From: a virus
Virus record (IMG/VR): IMGVR_UViG_3300035670_000085
Coordinates: 35,897 to 99,896 of that record
Direction: 5' to 3' (one strand)
Length of the DNA: 64,000 bases
Program-made: the position numbers and the translations under genes
Notes under the pieces: model-generated
Databases searched by the model: none
Seen by the model: the letters and a program-made list of their open reading frames with translations, nothing else
Told to the model about the DNA's origin: nothing
In this document: positions 27,199 to 38,638 of the stretch, one piece after another
Numbering within the stretch: the first letter of the stretch is position 1
How the letters are laid out: every line of letters begins with the position of its first letter

Positions 27199-30100
27199 TT
27201 CTGTTCTTTACCACGCTTAACTGATTTATTTATACAGTCAGAACAATATAATTCTGGTCCACAATAATCATCATCTAGAGTATATCCAATTATGTTTTTA
27301 CAACCTGTGCCTTGACACTCTAATAGGTGTACTACATTTGGGTTTTCACAATCACATTCAGCTCCCCACAATTTAGAAGGGTATTGTTTTCCACAATTCA
27401 GACAAAGATCTTTGTTTGCGATTTGCTGAAGAGTCTCTTGTTTTGTCATATATCCTCCCTAAGTATTGTTTTGAATAAATAAAGTTCCTGTACATGTTTA
27501 GGAAGTTGTTCCCAATAATCTCTTACATCTAAACTATTTTTGGTTTCCTCACAATATAATTCCCATGCTAATTCTTCTCGTTTTGTCATATTATTTTTCT
27601 CCCCTCAAAATAATGTTTTCTACATACTGGACATTGAATATCAATATTGTTATCTAAATCTTCATTGGTGATGAAAACCAACTCATCCTCATAAAGACAA
27701 TGTAATATTTTTCCCTGTGCTATTAACTCATCATGTGTGTATAATTGATAGGTATCACGAATAGAGCATGTTTGTAATTTAAGTTTTTCCATTATTCTTC
27801 TCCAATATTATAAATTATTTATTATTTTATACAAGTCTTGTTCAAGTTCAGAATTTTCTATACCAGTATGTTGTTCGGCTACATATTTAAAAGCTTCACA
27901 TAATCTCTCATGTATAACACTTTTTAATTTTATCATTAAATCAACACAGGTATCTGCTTGAATATAACTATTTTTTTGAATATTTTCTATAGTTATTTTT
28001 TCAGCATATTCTTCTGCAATTGAAACAAAATCCTGTGTGTAAATTTCCATTATTTTTCTCCAATAAGTATTTCTAAACAGTGTGTTCCAACATCAATGAA
28101 AATATGATAATGATAACCATCATCTGGATTGTGTTTATGTTTAGCAATTGCAAGACCAAACTGTAATTGATCTTCATATTTAATCCATTGCGCTTTCATA
28201 TACTTTTACACTCCATTTTAGTAGATTTAAATTGTACACTTTTATAACCAAAATCTTCAGTAAAGGGCATACAATGATACCTTTTGAACTCCCCATCAAA
28301 ATACTCTTTAAAAATGTATTTAGTCGGGACTCGATGTTGAAGATAATAATTATATCCATTAATACCTAAACTAAAAGCAGAAATTAGTGATAATATTATT
28401 AATTTGTTCATATTTTTTTATTCTCAAATTTCTTCTTTTTTTGATATTGTGAAAAATTATCCGCTGTACAATCCATACATCTTTGAGAAATCAAATCTTC
28501 CCCAGTATAAGAGGTACAATTTTCACAATTTTTTCTATAGGTTGCATTTCCATCCAGTATACGGGCTATTAATCTCTGTTGTTCTTGTATAAAAAGAAAC
28601 CCCTTTTCTCTTAATATTTCAATATAAGAAGTTGACCCATAGTCCCCAGATGTTAGCCACTCAAGTGCTTTTGCACGTTCTGCACAATTCTTTAAATCAA
28701 CAATAAGACTTTTCACTTCATCTAAAATAATTTCTCGTTCTTCATCTGTAGCATCAGAAAGATAGTCATATGTTCTGTTTTCGCCAAAATCACTTTTCAC
28801 AACCCCATCATTAAGAAAATCACGTTCAATCTCGTCTGCAAGACACTCTAAATATCTATATTGGTATTGATAATGTCCACCGCTCATTTTTATATTTCCT
28901 CCTATTCTTCATAATCATCTTTTTGTATAAAAACTCTATCTGATATAAATTCTATTGTTTTAATTTCAAAAGAGTAACCTATTTCATTATAAATTACCGC
29001 CTCCGCCTGTGATATACAACTAGCTGCTATCCAGCATACAAGATCATCACTATCATCTGAAGATGCTATAACTTTATATAATTTCATTTTGTTTTCTCCT
29101 CTCCCATAACTTCTAAAAAATATCCACAATACCAATTAGGTTCAACTAGTACATAGTCATAGTCAATATCTAGCCCTTCTATAATTTTTGTACATTGCCC
29201 CATGTAATAAAAATAACAGTTTTTACATTTTAATTCTTTTGGTATTTTCATTTTATTCTCTCTTCAACAAAGTCTCCACAAACATAATCTGGTTCTACAA
29301 TGAAAGAAACATGTTGAGTGTAGCGTAAGTCTTCTATTTCGATATGCTTAGTACAACATTTATGATAATAAAAATTACAATTTTTACAACATAATTCTTT
29401 GATAGTTTTCATTTTTTATTCCATCACTCCACAAGGACTTTCATTTAAAAATACATATCTTTCATATAGTTGATAATAAGATGTTATAGATGAATTCCGT
29501 CCAATAATTACTCCATCCGGATAAATTTCAGTAATTATAAATTTTCCAAATATCTGTGATACTTCATGTTTCATACTCTTATTAAAACAATCATGTCCTA
29601 TAGCAATATAGGAATAATCCAATTTGATACATTTTCCTAATAATTGAGTTTCTGCTTCTTTAAAAGTAAATGGTCGATAAGTTTTTTGTTTTGGAATACG
29701 CCAAGTACCCCTTGTATAACCTTCTGTATTAAAGCTAAATCCGTCTTTAAAGAGAAATTCATCATCTTTAGAAACTACAATAATACTATTATTAGGACAT
29801 CCATATTTAACAAAAATAGCCGACTTCCATTCATTATCTGGCATAATGCATACTTCAACCGTGTCCCCCATTTTTAATTCCTTTTCATTCATATTATTTC
29901 CTCCAATAGATTATTTTTTCTCCTCTAAAATAATATCCCCATCGGGCAATAACGTATACTTTTCAGTATATTGTTCACACGGTTTCTCAATTTCACAATA
30001 TTCACAATCTGCATCATCGTGTACTATTATTTTATAATATTTACAATAGGCCATATTTTCCTCTTTAAAACAACTAATACCCATTTTTTGTTTCTTCTAA

Positions 30101-32821
30101 TTATAATATATATGATTTTAGAAATTTATTTAAAAACATTAATAATCTTTTGAAAAAAAGATGTATGTTTACAATTTATACAATAGACTTTCGGTGTGCT
30201 AGGTATTTTTAAAAAATCTTCAACAGATATTTTTTTAAAATTACTGTCATCAAAAGAATCTATATCATCATAGGTTATATTTTTATAGTATCCATCAAAG
30301 TAAAAACAAGGTTTATTAAGATTCTTAAGAACAAATCTATTGACAAACCAACTATATCCTAATTTAAAAGCATGTTCCTGTATATTGATTGATTCTCTAC
30401 AGGAGCTAACTATAACTTTGTAACTATTCATACTATTCCTCATATTCTTTATAATATTCTTCAGCAGCTTTTAATTGCTCTTGAACTTGAGGTTGATTTA
30501 AAAATTGTTGTATATCCTTAATGTGTATACCACCTATTCCATCAATTATTAGATTATCAATGTCAAGATTTTCATATTTTTTAAAGTCTGGGCTTAATCT
30601 TTTTACAGGTATCAATACAAAAACTAAAAACACAACAAACAGAAATATTGATAAACATCCAATAATAAATATAATTTTGTAAATTAATAGTTCCATTATA
30701 ACCCCATTTTAACAACTCGAATCTAATTTAAGTCTAAAGGCAAATCCCACGAGAAACGAAATTGAGCCTACTATCCGTAAAACTGTCAGAGCATCTGAAT
30801 TTGTAATCCAGAAAGTGAACACACCAATATCCCAAAATATTAAACTACCAACAAGAGCTGGAAGTAAAAATACACTAATTGAACCCACAAAGCATAGGAA
30901 GCCAAAATATATTGCTTTTATCACGCTATTCACACTCCTCTTTATTCTTACCACACAACTCAACTCTCATATGATATTGCCCTTCATACACACTACCAAA
31001 AGACATTTTTTTAAAATCTCCTGATATTTTCAAATCACATTCTTTAGTACCCGAATAAATTTTACCTAATGGACCAGTTATTTTTATTCTATAAAACCCC
31101 CTAATAGTGTTGAATTCTGTATTAGAAGCTTGTAATGGAATGAAAATCAACAGAAACATTAGACAAAATTTTGATATCATTATTGACTCCTATATTATAA
31201 TATATAAGATTATTCAAAAAATTTTTTAATCCAACTAATAAATGAAAACTTTTCTTCATAATGCTTACAATTATTAATTTCATTGCTTTCATACATATGA
31301 ACAAATACTGGCATCTTAATAATTGCAGTATCATATTCATGTTCAATTTTATTACAAATTAATGATGTTGGATCTTTTATGTAATATTTACAATCTGAAC
31401 AATACACTTTCTTATTTAGGTCTTTTGGATTTTGCCCTTCTCTCAATATTCTACATTCTGGTTCTTTTGGTTTTTCATTTGAATCTTTTGTCCATATAAA
31501 TGATCTATCTGGTTTTTTGTTTCCTTCAGTTACAGTTCTAAGATAATCTTTAGGATTGAGCATTCGTTTTGTCTTTTTCTTTTCAATATTCTCAGCTATT
31601 TCAGTTAACCCTTCAATTATACCTTCAACTACTGGATTAGAGTATGGTCTAGTTGATGCTGGAGGAGGTGTAGGTCGTTTTATATTTTTTGGTTTTGAAT
31701 TACTTTGTTTTTTAGTCATTGTATTTTTCCTTTTTGAATTTAATCAATGCTTCTTTAGACATAATCATTTCTAATGGAACATAGCACGATACTATTCTAT
31801 AAATTTCAATGCATAATTCTTTCATTTGTTTTTCATCCATATTATTTAATCCTTTATTTTATCTCCAAAACAAAATACTTTATAAAATTTATTGTTTTCT
31901 GGTAATAAAAGGTATATTCCAGTATATTTTGGTTTATTAAATAATACTTTTATTTCATGTATGCCAATAGAATGTTTTTGAATAAACCTCATACTAAATG
32001 TATTTGTTTCTTTGTTATATCTAAGTTCCCATTCCTTTAAAAGTTTACTTAATAAATTATTAAAGACATCACCACAATAAGTAGAAAAGAAACAAATATT
32101 ACCTTCAGTTTTACTATTAACAAGATACATAGAATAATATTCGTAACTATAATATACAATAGTTTTAATTATATACTCTAATTTTATATTTGAAGCATTA
32201 ACCGATAATTTCATTAGTTTTACTCTTTATAAGTTATTAATATATAATAATGTTAAAAATTATTTATATTTTTCTAATATTTCATTCCAACATTCATCAC
32301 ATCGAGTATATAACCAACTATTACCTCTAAGTTTCCCTTTAGCACCACATTCTTCACAAGTAGTTTCAGATTCTTCTTCAGCTTTTTCTATTATTGTCCA
32401 CTGTTCTTCAGTAGCTCCATTGGCATATACTCTAAGTGTTCCAAATTTTTCTTTTATTTGAGCAAATCCCTGATTAAAATCTAATTTTTTTAATTCAATA
32501 CACATATTCCAAAGTAAGTCAAACCAACCGTCCAACACTTCAAAACCGAATTGGCATTCATCAAACCAACCGGGGAATTCATCGTAAAACTTTTTTTCTA
32601 ATTCTTCTCTCATTTACTTATACCCTTCCTTCATAATCCTTACAATTATGTTTTGCGTTTTTATAATCTGCTTTGACATATGATATTGCAACAGCATTTG
32701 AGTATATTTTTAATTTGCAAACTCTAATGGTTTTACCATGTTTCGTATTTATAAAATATATACAATTTTCACAGTATACTTTTTTCATATTAACCTCATT
32801 ACAATAGCTTCTCCCGGACAA
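27195..32821 (-). CDS. Cluster of small early hypothetical genes, many Cys-rich or membrane-anchored (includes unlisted 29084-29251, 29248-29412 and 31712-31840)
   Basis: Dense co-oriented ORFs, ATGA overlaps, SD sites. Confidence 0.7.
28408..28887 (-). CDS. Paralog of 26225-26527 with an extra C-terminal CxxC...CxxC
   Basis: Near-identical N-terminal ~95 aa. Confidence 0.75.
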   Translation of the reverse strand: MSGGHYQYQYRYLECLADEIERDFLNDGVVKSDFGENRTYDYLSDATDEEREIILDEVKSLIVDLKNCAERAKALEWLTSGDYGSTSYIEILREKGFLFIQEQQRLIARILDGNATYRKNCENCTSYTGEDLISQRCMDCTADNFSQYQKKKKFENKKI

Positions 32822-32982
32822 TCGGCTTCATGCAAACATTTTCCACAATCAATACATTTATTTTGATCAATAATCATACCTTTATACATCCCTTCTATTG
32901 TAGGCTTAGGACCAATAGCTTCTTGTGGACAAAGTTCCTCACAATTTCCGCAACTCATACATTTTTCAATCAAAATTTTCAT
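32785..32982 (-). CDS. 2x[4Fe-4S] ferredoxin
   Basis: CMSCGNCEELCP and CIDCGKCLHEADCP. Confidence 0.9.
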   Translation of the reverse strand: MKILIEKCMSCGNCEELCPQEAIGPKPTIEGMYKGMIIDQNKCIDCGKCLHEADCPGEAIVMRLI

Positions 32983-32995
32983 TTATATTTTCCTT

Positions 32996-33625
32996 TTAAA
33001 GTTTAAAACAAGACAGCGCAATTATGTATTGTGCTGGACCATAGAACAACCAAGTATAAGTAACTGCTCTGTTAAAAGGACGAACAAAGGCATCAATAGC
33101 TAAAATGATATCTGAAATCAAAAAGCAGATAGTACCAATTTTAAGTTCAGGAGTATTAGGAACTCCAAACGAAATAACTACCATTGAACATAAAACAAAC
33201 ATATAAACTACAACAGGTATCAACAATTCTTTATTCAAATTTTTTAACAAATTAAACATAACAACAATTATTGCAATCATCGCAGCAGTGACTCCTGCAC
33301 TAACAGAAGTATATATAGATACAGATGATAATCCGATAATATAAAAAATGTGTGTAATAAGAAAAAATACAATACCATGTTTCAATAAGTCTATCTCTTT
33401 AATCATCAACATACTGTCCGCTACAACAGCAACAATTAAACCAATCAAAATACACATATTTGTAAATGTAAGTCCTGTTGTGTATATACCCACAAGAGCT
33501 ATACCAATTGATGATAAAGTAATCAATGGTGTTGCTAGATATTGTACAAAAGTATTACCTTTAGCTTTGAGTACCATATTGACTAGCCAAAACACTGTCA
33601 AAACTCCAATCACGATCATGCCCAT
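32996..33625 (-). CDS. yhhN: YhhN family (lysoplasmalogenase-like) membrane protein
   Basis: Multi-TM; AD-x2-L, G-x2-FFLITH-x2-Y, Y-x3-L-x2-M, FLISD-x2-LA, Y-x2-AQ. Confidence 0.8.
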   Translation of the reverse strand: MGMIVIGVLTVFWLVNMVLKAKGNTFVQYLATPLITLSSIGIALVGIYTTGLTFTNMCILIGLIVAVVADSMLMIKEIDLLKHGIVFFLITHIFYIIGLSSVSIYTSVSAGVTAAMIAIIVVMFNLLKNLNKELLIPVVVYMFVLCSMVVISFGVPNTPELKIGTICFLISDIILAIDAFVRPFNRAVTYTWLFYGPAQYIIALSCFKL

Positions 33626-33639
33626 AGTTTTAATCCTCT

Positions 33640-33867
33640 TTATTTTAAAGATTTTTTATTATTACTTCTATCTACAGAAATAATTTCAGAATTATATAGC
33701 CATATGCCATCATTCTGTGATCCATCAGTCAGAAATACTAAATAAGCCTCTTGTTTAAGATCTAGTATATACTTTTTATCCGCCACTTTTCCTTTACCAA
33801 AACGAGAGCACTCAATAGTATCTCCTACTGTAACATATTCTTTATTCCTCACCATTATCACTCTCAA
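33640..33867 (-). CDS. Small hypothetical (SH3-like beta) protein
   Basis: VGDTI...FGKGKV pattern. Confidence 0.45.
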   Translation of the reverse strand: MRVIMVRNKEYVTVGDTIECSRFGKGKVADKKYILDLKQEAYLVFLTDGSQNDGIWLYNSEIISVDRSNNKKSLK

Positions 33868-34063
33868 TAATTTCTTCTGTATAATTACATTCTTTTATAT
33901 TTGATGGATTAATTAAACAAATACCGCATTCATTATTTGTATCAACTTCTTTTTTGTAGTGGGTGCAATAAATTTTCATATAATCCTCATTTGAATATAT
34001 TCTTAGTATCTATTATATAATAGTTATAAAAAAAATTTACACTTTTTTTAATATTTTTATATT

Positions 34064-34075
34064 TATACTAATAAT
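34064..34075 (+). promoter_or_regulatory. Late promoter abutting the terminase ATG
   Basis: TATACTAATAAT-T-ATG. Confidence 0.7.
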
Positions 34076-34076
34076 T

Positions 34077-36176
34077 ATGGAAATATTTGCAAATAAAGAA
34101 ATTTTGATAGAAGAAACCATATCAAAAGAATATGAAAAATATTCTGATGAAGAAAAGAAAAATCTTCACAATCTCTATCATCATTATAGTCAAAATCCAG
34201 AAAAATTCGATCGAATGATTAGAAAGTTGGAGAAAGTTATATTTAAAAAAAGACCCCCAACTATGGCAGAATTTCTTGATGCTAAAAATGGTTGGCTTCC
34301 GAGAAAAGTTATAGATTCTATATGGCCACATGTTAAAGAAGATTTATTAAATATAGTTGACGGTGAAGAAAAATATTTTCAAATTTCTCTATACGGATCT
34401 ACTCGTTTAGGAAAATCTTTCATGGCGCAACTTCTTATGATTTATACTATTGTATTTATGCAACATTTAAGAAGTCCCGCACTATATTACGGTTTATCCC
34501 CCCTTACAAAATTATGTATTTACATCATTTCATTCAAATTTGATAAATCGAGAGAAATATATTTAAAAGATATTTATAATTTTTTAGAAAACTCAGAACG
34601 ATTTGTTAAGATTAAATTTCAAGATCAAGTTAAAGAAAAGCAAGAAGAATATGGCTGTGATAAAATAGTATGGTCTAAAGCTTCTGTTTCTGGTGAAATA
34701 ACAGTAGCTTCTGGATTACAAATATTACTTGGTAATAAAAATCCAGATGAAATAATTGGAGCGAACTGTTTACAAATTTACATATCTGAGATTGCATTTT
34801 TTATAAATCAAGCAGGAGCATCTGAAGATGATATTTTTGAACTATATACAAATAGTTATTCTCGTATTCGTGCTACTGTTGGAAAAAATTATTTAGCGTG
34901 GGTATTTCTTGATTCGTCTGCAAATTTTGAAGAATCAAAGATTGAACGACATATTATAAAAACTCTTCAATATGATAAAGATACATATTTTAGATGGAGA
35001 TCACAATGGCAAGCTAGACCATGGGATTTTAAACAATATTATAAAGGATTGCAGGAAGCAAAAAAGAATAATATTCCAGAAGAGTTAATAAATGAAGAAC
35101 TTTTAAAAAAAGGATGTGTATTTCAAGTTATTACTGGAAATGGTACAATTCCAGCACAAATGGTTACTAATCAAGCTCAAATTTCTGGTATTTCAAAAGA
35201 GTTAATAGACTATGTTCCTATTGATATTAAAACAGAATATGATAATAACCTTATAAAGTCAATTAAAGATATTGGGGGAAAACCAACATCTAATGAATCA
35301 AAACTTATTCAAAATGTAAAATTAATTGACGCTCTTTTTAATAATACTTATTTAAAAAATATAGAAGGTGGCTTAATAGCTGATGCTGCTGATTTTCCTG
35401 AAGAATTATTATGGAAACAAGTAGAACAAATATTTTTTCATAAACAATTTAATGGAAGAACTCAAATATATAGAGCACCAACTGAACCTAGATTTGTAGG
35501 AATAGACGTAGCTCATTCCGCAAAAGGAGACGTTTATGGATTTTCAATTGGTCATCTAGAATATTCAAAATTATTAAAAGAACGAATGTATATAGGGGAT
35601 ATGAATTTTGTAATTCTTCCTGGATCTGAAGGTATAAATTTGAGTGCTGTAGAACACTTTATTATTGATTTAATGACCAAAGGAAATTTATCTATTATAG
35701 CGTTAGCTTCTGATACTTTTCAATCACAGCAAACTATACAAGATTTAAAAAGAATGAATATTAATATTATAAGACCTCAACTTGATACATCTCTTGAACC
35801 ATATATTCGTCTTTTAACTTCTTTGGTTACCGGTTCATGCAAAGTAGGTAAGAATATATTTTTAAAAAATAATTTGAAATGTCTTGAAAGAGTTAGACCA
35901 GATAATGGGCGGGAAAAAATAGACCACCCAAAAGGACCAACTGTTAATAAATATTTTGGTGATTGGAATAATTCAGAAGCGGGTAAAAATGCAAAAGACT
36001 GTTCAGATGCTCTCTGTTCCTCACACTATGCTGCTTTAGAGAGTCAAGTGTTACCATCAACAGTTTATGAAGAAGAGAATAAAAGATGTAATAAAGAAAT
36101 TATAAAAGATGATGAATACTTTAAAAAAATAGATGAAGATTATAAAAAAATTACTGGGGAGTTTTTCAAAATGTGA
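34077..36176 (+). CDS. terL: Terminase large subunit
   Basis: Walker A YGSTRLGKS; Walker B-like IYISE; RNase H-like FVGIDVA, ASDTFQS, KIDHP, KDCSDAL. Confidence 0.85.
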   Translation: MEIFANKEILIEETISKEYEKYSDEEKKNLHNLYHHYSQNPEKFDRMIRKLEKVIFKKRPPTMAEFLDAKNGWLPRKVIDSIWPHVKEDLLNIVDGEEKYFQISLYGSTRLGKSFMAQLLMIYTIVFMQHLRSPALYYGLSPLTKLCIYIISFKFDKSREIYLKDIYNFLENSERFVKIKFQDQVKEKQEEYGCDKIVWSKASVSGEITVASGLQILLGNKNPDEIIGANCLQIYISEIAFFINQAGASEDDIFELYTNSYSRIRATVGKNYLAWVFLDSSANFEESKIERHIIKTLQYDKDTYFRWRSQWQARPWDFKQYYKGLQEAKKNNIPEELINEELLKKGCVFQVITGNGTIPAQMVTNQAQISGISKELIDYVPIDIKTEYDNNLIKSIKDIGGKPTSNESKLIQNVKLIDALFNNTYLKNIEGGLIADAADFPEELLWKQVEQIFFHKQFNGRTQIYRAPTEPRFVGIDVAHSAKGDVYGFSIGHLEYSKLLKERMYIGDMNFVILPGSEGINLSAVEHFIIDLMTKGNLSIIALASDTFQSQQTIQDLKRMNINIIRPQLDTSLEPYIRLLTSLVTGSCKVGKNIFLKNNLKCLERVRPDNGREKIDHPKGPTVNKYFGDWNNSEAGKNAKDCSDALCSSHYAALESQVLPSTVYEEENKRCNKEIIKDDEYFKKIDEDYKKITGEFFKM

Positions 36177-36182
36177 TTTTTT

Positions 36183-36196
36183 TATACTAATAAATA
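36183..36196 (+). promoter_or_regulatory. Late promoter
   Basis: Exact motif. Confidence 0.8.
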
Positions 36197-36216
36197 TAAG
36201 TCAATAGGAGTTCGAT

Positions 36217-37381
36217 ATGAAAACATTAAAATGGACTTGGTTTTTGCTTATATTATTATTTTATTCAATTCCTAGAATAGTATACGCAATTAAATTTTTA
36301 ATTTCAGACGAATCAGAAGATAAAGAGGATTGTAATTCGTATATAAATAATCTTGCCGAATCTATAAAAGAATTAAATAAGGAAACAAGGATGTTATGAA
36401 AAAGGGAATTATAATACTAAAATGTCGTTGTGGTTATGAAGACTCTGTTAAAACAGAAGGAATTTGTCCTATGTGTGGTAATGAAATGAAACTGGAATTT
36501 AAGGAAACAAAAGAGGAAATTAAGGAGATTAAAGAGAGGATTCATTATGACTGATAAAACTAAAATTATAGTAGTAAGTGTGGTATCAGCAGTACTTGTT
36601 GCTGGTTCTTTTGTAGGCGGATGGTATGGATCAAAAAATTGGTATGGTAATAAAAAACCTGTCGTAAAAATAGTGAAAGAAACTGTAACAGAAACCAAAA
36701 TTATAAAAGTTCCAATGAATGATGCTGAATGGGAAGCTTGGAAATTAGCCCCGATGAAGATAACTGGCAAAATGACCTCAACGGATGTGTTTTATGTCGA
36801 AGCTTCTGATGGTTATAAGATAGGAAGTAAATCGTTCACTCTTAAAACTACATGTCCAGATGAAGGAAAAAACGTAATGATATTTAGTTATGTTGGCGGT
36901 ATTGATTATAAAGCTGATACTTTTAAATGGCAACATGGAGCATCTGTTTCATATCATTATATGATTCTTCCAATGATCGGATGTGGAATTCAAATTATAG
37001 CGACGGAAAGTAATGTATTTCTAGCTCCGGGAATTATAGTAAAGTTTTAATAGTATGAATTGGTTATTTACATTATTATTTCTCACAGTACCTTTAACAG
37101 CATATGCTAATATAGACCATGAATTTGAGAAATTCCTATATGGTAACTTAAAATATGAATTTCAACAGGATGCCAGAAACTATCTGAAAAAGAATTTATA
37201 CAAAGAAATAAATAATCAATTTTATAAAATAGATACGTCGTGGATCGAATATATTCCAACTATAATGCAGATTTATTTAAATAGTTTTGCTTTACAACAA
37301 TATGATACAAATAATTATACTTTTGTAGTAGAAAAATTGAGTTGGAGAGAAGTTAAGATAGAAGTTAGATATTATTTTTAG
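36217..37381 (+). CDS. Late operon of membrane/secreted proteins (36217-36399 TM; zinc-ribbon ORF from 36396; 36547-37050 TM + beta; 37055-37381 signal peptide); possible lysis accessories
   Basis: N-terminal hydrophobic segments; late promoter upstream. Confidence 0.45.
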
Positions 37382-37411
37382 GCTATTATATCTTTTATTT
37401 TTATAGATATT

Positions 37412-37425
37412 TATACTAATAAATA
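37412..37425 (+). promoter_or_regulatory. Late promoter
   Basis: Exact motif. Confidence 0.8.
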
Positions 37426-37500
37426 TATGATGGGTAGAAATATTCTCATCATATCCGAAATATGTTAATGTTATTATGTTATGGAGATTGTTATTGTTAA

Positions 37501-37911
37501 GTGGAAGCACTCCTTACTAACCCCCTATATTTACAATATTTGAGTGAGTATCAAAAGAAATATAAAAATTTTCTTTGTGATAGTACTGCGCAAATAGGAG
37601 ATATTGTATATATACATCCTACCGAAAATAATAAAGTAATTGTTAATATTGATAATTGTAATGATAATCCTTCAGTTGGAATTATTGTTAAAAAAATTTC
37701 TATAACTGAAGCAAAAGTACAGCTTTGTGGAGAATGTTCTTTATTGTTCTCTGGACTTCAAAAATCTAAAAATGTTTTTCTTGGACTGGATGGAAAGTTA
37801 ACAAATGCCGTTCCAAATACTGGTTTTATTCAAAAAATTGGAATATCTCTAGAAGATCAAAAGGTCTTCTTAAATATTGATTACATGAGGATAAAAAGGA
37901 ATCCTTTTTAA
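37501..37911 (+). CDS. Capsid decoration/cement-like beta protein (module A gene 1)
   Basis: CDS...G-x2-V...GI...FSGL-x-K-x-KN-x-FL-x2-DG-x-LT-x2-VP; paralog of 43758. Confidence 0.55.
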   Translation: MEALLTNPLYLQYLSEYQKKYKNFLCDSTAQIGDIVYIHPTENNKVIVNIDNCNDNPSVGIIVKKISITEAKVQLCGECSLLFSGLQKSKNVFLGLDGKLTNAVPNTGFIQKIGISLEDQKVFLNIDYMRIKRNPF

Positions 37912-37918
37912 AAAAAAT

Positions 37919-37930
37919 TATACTAATAAT
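37919..37930 (+). promoter_or_regulatory. Late promoter variant
   Basis: TATACTAATAAT. Confidence 0.7.
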
Positions 37931-37942
37931 TGTAGGTAGTTT

Positions 37943-38179
37943 ATGGAAAACAAAATTAAAAACAAAAATAAAACTAAGGATTTGTGGTTTTATGCTTTTT
38001 TGAGAATACGTGGCTATGAATTGTCAGATTATGTAAAGCATGAAGATACAAATAAATCTGAATTTATTTTTAATATTACTAATGATGAATGGAAACAATT
38101 AAAGCTTGATTTTAATAAATCCGATTTATCAAAAGGAAAGTGGTTTATCGAAGAAGCAAAAGATTTAATTTTTGGATAG
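37943..38179 (+). CDS. Small hypothetical (DUF5659-like)
   Basis: TKDL-x3-AFL-x3-G-x2-L...FIF. Confidence 0.45.
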   Translation: MENKIKNKNKTKDLWFYAFLRIRGYELSDYVKHEDTNKSEFIFNITNDEWKQLKLDFNKSDLSKGKWFIEEAKDLIFG

Positions 38180-38192
38180 GGTGGTCAAAGTT

Positions 38193-38627
38193 ATGGACGA
38201 TATTCAAAAACCTCAAAAACGTAAAAAGCAAAAACTGTTTTCTGAACCAACTACAATAAACAATAATGATTTAACTATAGAAGAGAATTCTTCTAAAATT
38301 TTATTAGAAAAAGAGGCATTAAAACTTGAAAATTATATGTTAACTATTGCAAACAAAAAAATGCAATCAGATAATATTTTAATGCAAATAACTAATAAAA
38401 AATTAATTCTTGAAAATGCAGAATTAAAAGAACAAATAGAAAAATTTAAGCTTGATAAAATTAAAAATGATATTCAGTTTTTAGAAGCTCAAAAAGAAAA
38501 CAACCAAAAACAAGTTAGTTCTGTAATGAAAGATTATGATAGTTACAAAAAAATGTTAGAAGATAAATACACGTTAGCGGGAAAATGGGGATTTAATCCC
38601 GAAACATTCGAAATTATGGTTGATTGA
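38193..38627 (+). CDS. Coiled-coil protein (module A gene 2)
   Basis: C-terminal WGFNPETFEI, as in 44190 (WGFDPRSGEI). Confidence 0.6.
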   Translation: MDDIQKPQKRKKQKLFSEPTTINNNDLTIEENSSKILLEKEALKLENYMLTIANKKMQSDNILMQITNKKLILENAELKEQIEKFKLDKIKNDIQFLEAQKENNQKQVSSVMKDYDSYKKMLEDKYTLAGKWGFNPETFEIMVD

Positions 38628-38638
38628 GGTAAATTTTT

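Noticed and set aside
34077-36176. Intein or intron in the terminase
   Set aside because: No C...HN/C splice motifs or LAGLIDADG blocks seen; the ORF is continuous.
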